Source: Mobula hypostoma
Taxonomy: Eukaryota
DNA length: 64,000 bases
Direction of reading: 5' to 3'
NCBI RefSeq assembly: GCF_963921235.1
Contig: NC_086097.1
Span: 139,936,001-140,000,000, forward strand
Shown here: piece after piece, positions 61,677 to 64,000 of the stretch
Position numbering within the stretch: the stretch's first letter is position 1
Layout: the number at the start of each line of letters is the position of its first letter
Made by a program: the position numbers and the translations under genes
Notes under the pieces: model-generated
The model's input: only the letters and a program-made list of their open reading frames with translations
Database searches by the model: none
Told to the model about the DNA's origin: nothing

Positions 61677-63257
61677 TGCGTGAAATGGGGGAGTTGCGTT
61701 TGAGAGCAGAGTTGATGGTGGAGGAAGAGAAAAAAAGGAGGACATCTCCCTCGTCCTGGAATGAAAAGCCTCATCCCGAGAGCAGATGCGGCGGAGACGG
61801 AGGAATTGCGAGAAGGGGATGGCATTTTTGCAAGAGACAGGGTGAGAAGAGGAATAGTCCAGATAGCTGTGAGAGTCAGTAGGCTTATAGTAGACATCAG
61901 TGGATAAGCTGTCTCCAGAGAGAGAGACAGAAAGATCTAGAAAGGGGAGGAAGGTGTCGGAAATGGACCAGGTAAACTTGAGGGCAGGGTGAAAGCTGGA
62001 GGCAAAATTGGTGAAGTCAATGAACTCAGCATGCGTGCAGGAAGCAGTGCCAATGCAGTCGTCGATGTAGCAAAGGAAAAGTGGGGGACAGATACCAGAA
62101 TAGGTACGGAACATAGATTGTTCCACAAAGCCAACAAAAAGACAGGTATAGCTAGGACCCATACGGGTGCCCATAGCTACACCTTTAGTTTGGAGGAAGT
62201 GGGAGGAGCCAAAGGAGAAATTATTAAGAGTAAGGACTAATTCCGCTAGACGGAGCAGAGTGGTGGTAGAGGGGAACTGATTAGGTCTGGAATCCAAAAA
62301 GAAGCGGAGAGCTTTGAGACCTTCCTGATGGGGGATGGAAGTATATAGGGACTGGGCATCCATGGTGAGAATAAAGCGGTGGGGGCCAGGGAACTTAAAA
62401 TCATCGAAAAGTTTAAGAGCGTGAGAAGTGTCACGAACATAGGTAGGAAGGGATTGAACAAGGGGGGATAAAACCGTGTCGAGGTATGCAGAAATGAGTT
62501 CGGTGGGGCAGGAGCAAGCTGAGACAATAGGTCTGCCAGGACAGGCAGGTTTGTGGATCTTGGGTAGGAGGTAGAAACGGGAAGTGCGAGGTGTGGGAAC
62601 TATAAGGTTGGTAGCAGTGGATGGGAGATCCCCTGAGCGGATAAAGTCGGTGTTGGTGTGGGAGACAATGGCCTGGTGCTCCTTAGTGGGGTCATGATCG
62701 AGGGGTAAATAAGAGGAGGTATCCGCGAGTTGTCGCTGTGCCTCGGCAAGGTAGAGGTCAGTACGCCAGACTACAACAGCACCCCCCTTATCGGCGGGTT
62801 TCATAGTAAGGTTAGAATTAGTGTGGAGGGAGTGGAGAGCAGAGCGTTCCGAAGGAGTGAGGTTGGAATGGGAACAAGGTGCAGTGAAGTTGAGACGGTT
62901 GATGTCCCATCGGCAGTTAGCAATAAAGAGATCCAGAGCAGGCAGAAGACCAGAGCGGGGTGTCCATGAAGAAGAGGAGGGTTGAAGACGGGAGAAGGGG
63001 TCATCGGTGGGGGTGGAAGAGTCCTTGCCGAAGAAGTAGGCTCGGAGACTGAGACGGCGGAAGAAGAGTTCCGCATCATGGCAAACACGGAACTTGCTGA
63101 GGTGTGGGCGAAGGGGGACAAAGGTAAGGCCCTTACTGAGGACAGAGCGTTTTGCTTCCGACAGTTGAAGGTCAGAGGGGATGGTAAAGACCCAGCACGA
63201 ATGACAGCTGGGATCGGAGGGGGGAGGCTGGGGGTGTCAGTGGAGGGGGGAGGGTGA

Positions 63258-64000
63258 CTTCAGACCAAGGGTGTAGCTATGGGAACTCGCATGGGCCCTA
63301 GCTATGCCTGTCTCTTTGTTGGTTATGTGGAACAGTCTATGCTCCAAACCTATTCTAGTACTGGTCCCCAACTTTTCCTTCGGTACATTGACAACTACAT
63401 TGGTGCTGCTTCCTGCACCCATGCTGAGCTCGTCAATTTCATTGACTTTACTTCTAACTTCCACCCAGCCCTCAAATTCACTTGGTCTATCTCGGACACC
63501 TCTCCCCTTTCTCAATCTCTCGGTCTCCATCTCTGGAGACAGACTGTCCACTGACATCTTCTACAAGCCCACTGACTCTCATAACTATCTCAACTGTACC
63601 TCTTCCCACCCCGCCACATGCAAAAATGCCATTCCCTATTCCCAGTTCCTCCGTCTCCGCCGCATCTGCTCCGAGGATGAGGTTTTCCGTTCCAGGACAG
63701 CTCAAATGTCCTCTTTCTTTAAGGATCGTGGTTTCACTTCTGCTGTCATTGATGATGCCCTCACCCGCATCTCCTCCATTTCCCGCACTTGGGCTCTCAC
63801 CCCATCCTCCCGCCACCACAACAGAGACAGAGTTCCCCTTGTCCTCACCTACCACCCCACTGGCCTGCGGATCCAACACATTATCCTCCGCAACTTCCGC
63901 CACCTTCAACAGGACCCCACCACTAAGCACATCTTTCCATCTCCACCCCTCTCCGCCTTCCGCAGGGATCGGTCCCTCCGCGACTCCCTGGTCCACTCGT
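63258..64000 (+). mobile_element. Second Neptune-type Penelope subfamily, 5'-truncated, runs off window
   Basis: QTKGVAMGTRMGPSYACLFVGYVEQ...LRYIDN...FHPALKFTW; clearly diverged from the adjacent minus-strand copy. Confidence 0.9.

Larger units (their letters stand above)
60359..63257 (-). mobile_element. Penelope-like retroelement (Neptune clade): RT + GIY-YIG + pLTR
   Basis: frame open from about 63250 to about 61730 (LSKGLTF, KPADKGGAVV, YLLPKIHK, GVAMGTRMGP, YIDD, LPFLD, YYKPT); GIY-YIG at about 60800-61110; pLTR with hammerhead. Confidence 0.95.

Overview
Eukaryotic, repeat-dense window, most likely from a cartilaginous fish (ray/shark). This is inferred from HE1/V-SINE-like and Deu-SINE-like repeats and the CR1/Penelope families present. 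The whole window appears to lie inside one + strand host gene, a DPY19-family C-mannosyltransferase (best match DPY19L1). Nine small GT-AG exons (12607-56711, 733 coding nt, about 244 codons) splice in frame; further exons are expected outside the window on both sides. The rest is mostly decayed, often nested transposable elements: many CR1 LINEs, L2, Rex1/Babar, RTE, L1, a HERO-type fragment, two Penelope clades, a PNMA-like Gypsy element, Tc1, pogo/Tigger and hAT DNA transposons, and SINEs. Nearly all ORFs in the supplied track are TE fragments or their antisense. The most interesting signals are Penelope-related: minimal hammerhead ribozyme motifs (one with a fully canonical core at 60424-60465), whose intact cores all lie antisense to the host gene, and two small palindromic mini-Penelope insertions with a reproducible asymmetric tail. 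TE boundaries without a TSD or TIR are approximate. All family assignments come from motif recognition by eye, not database searches.
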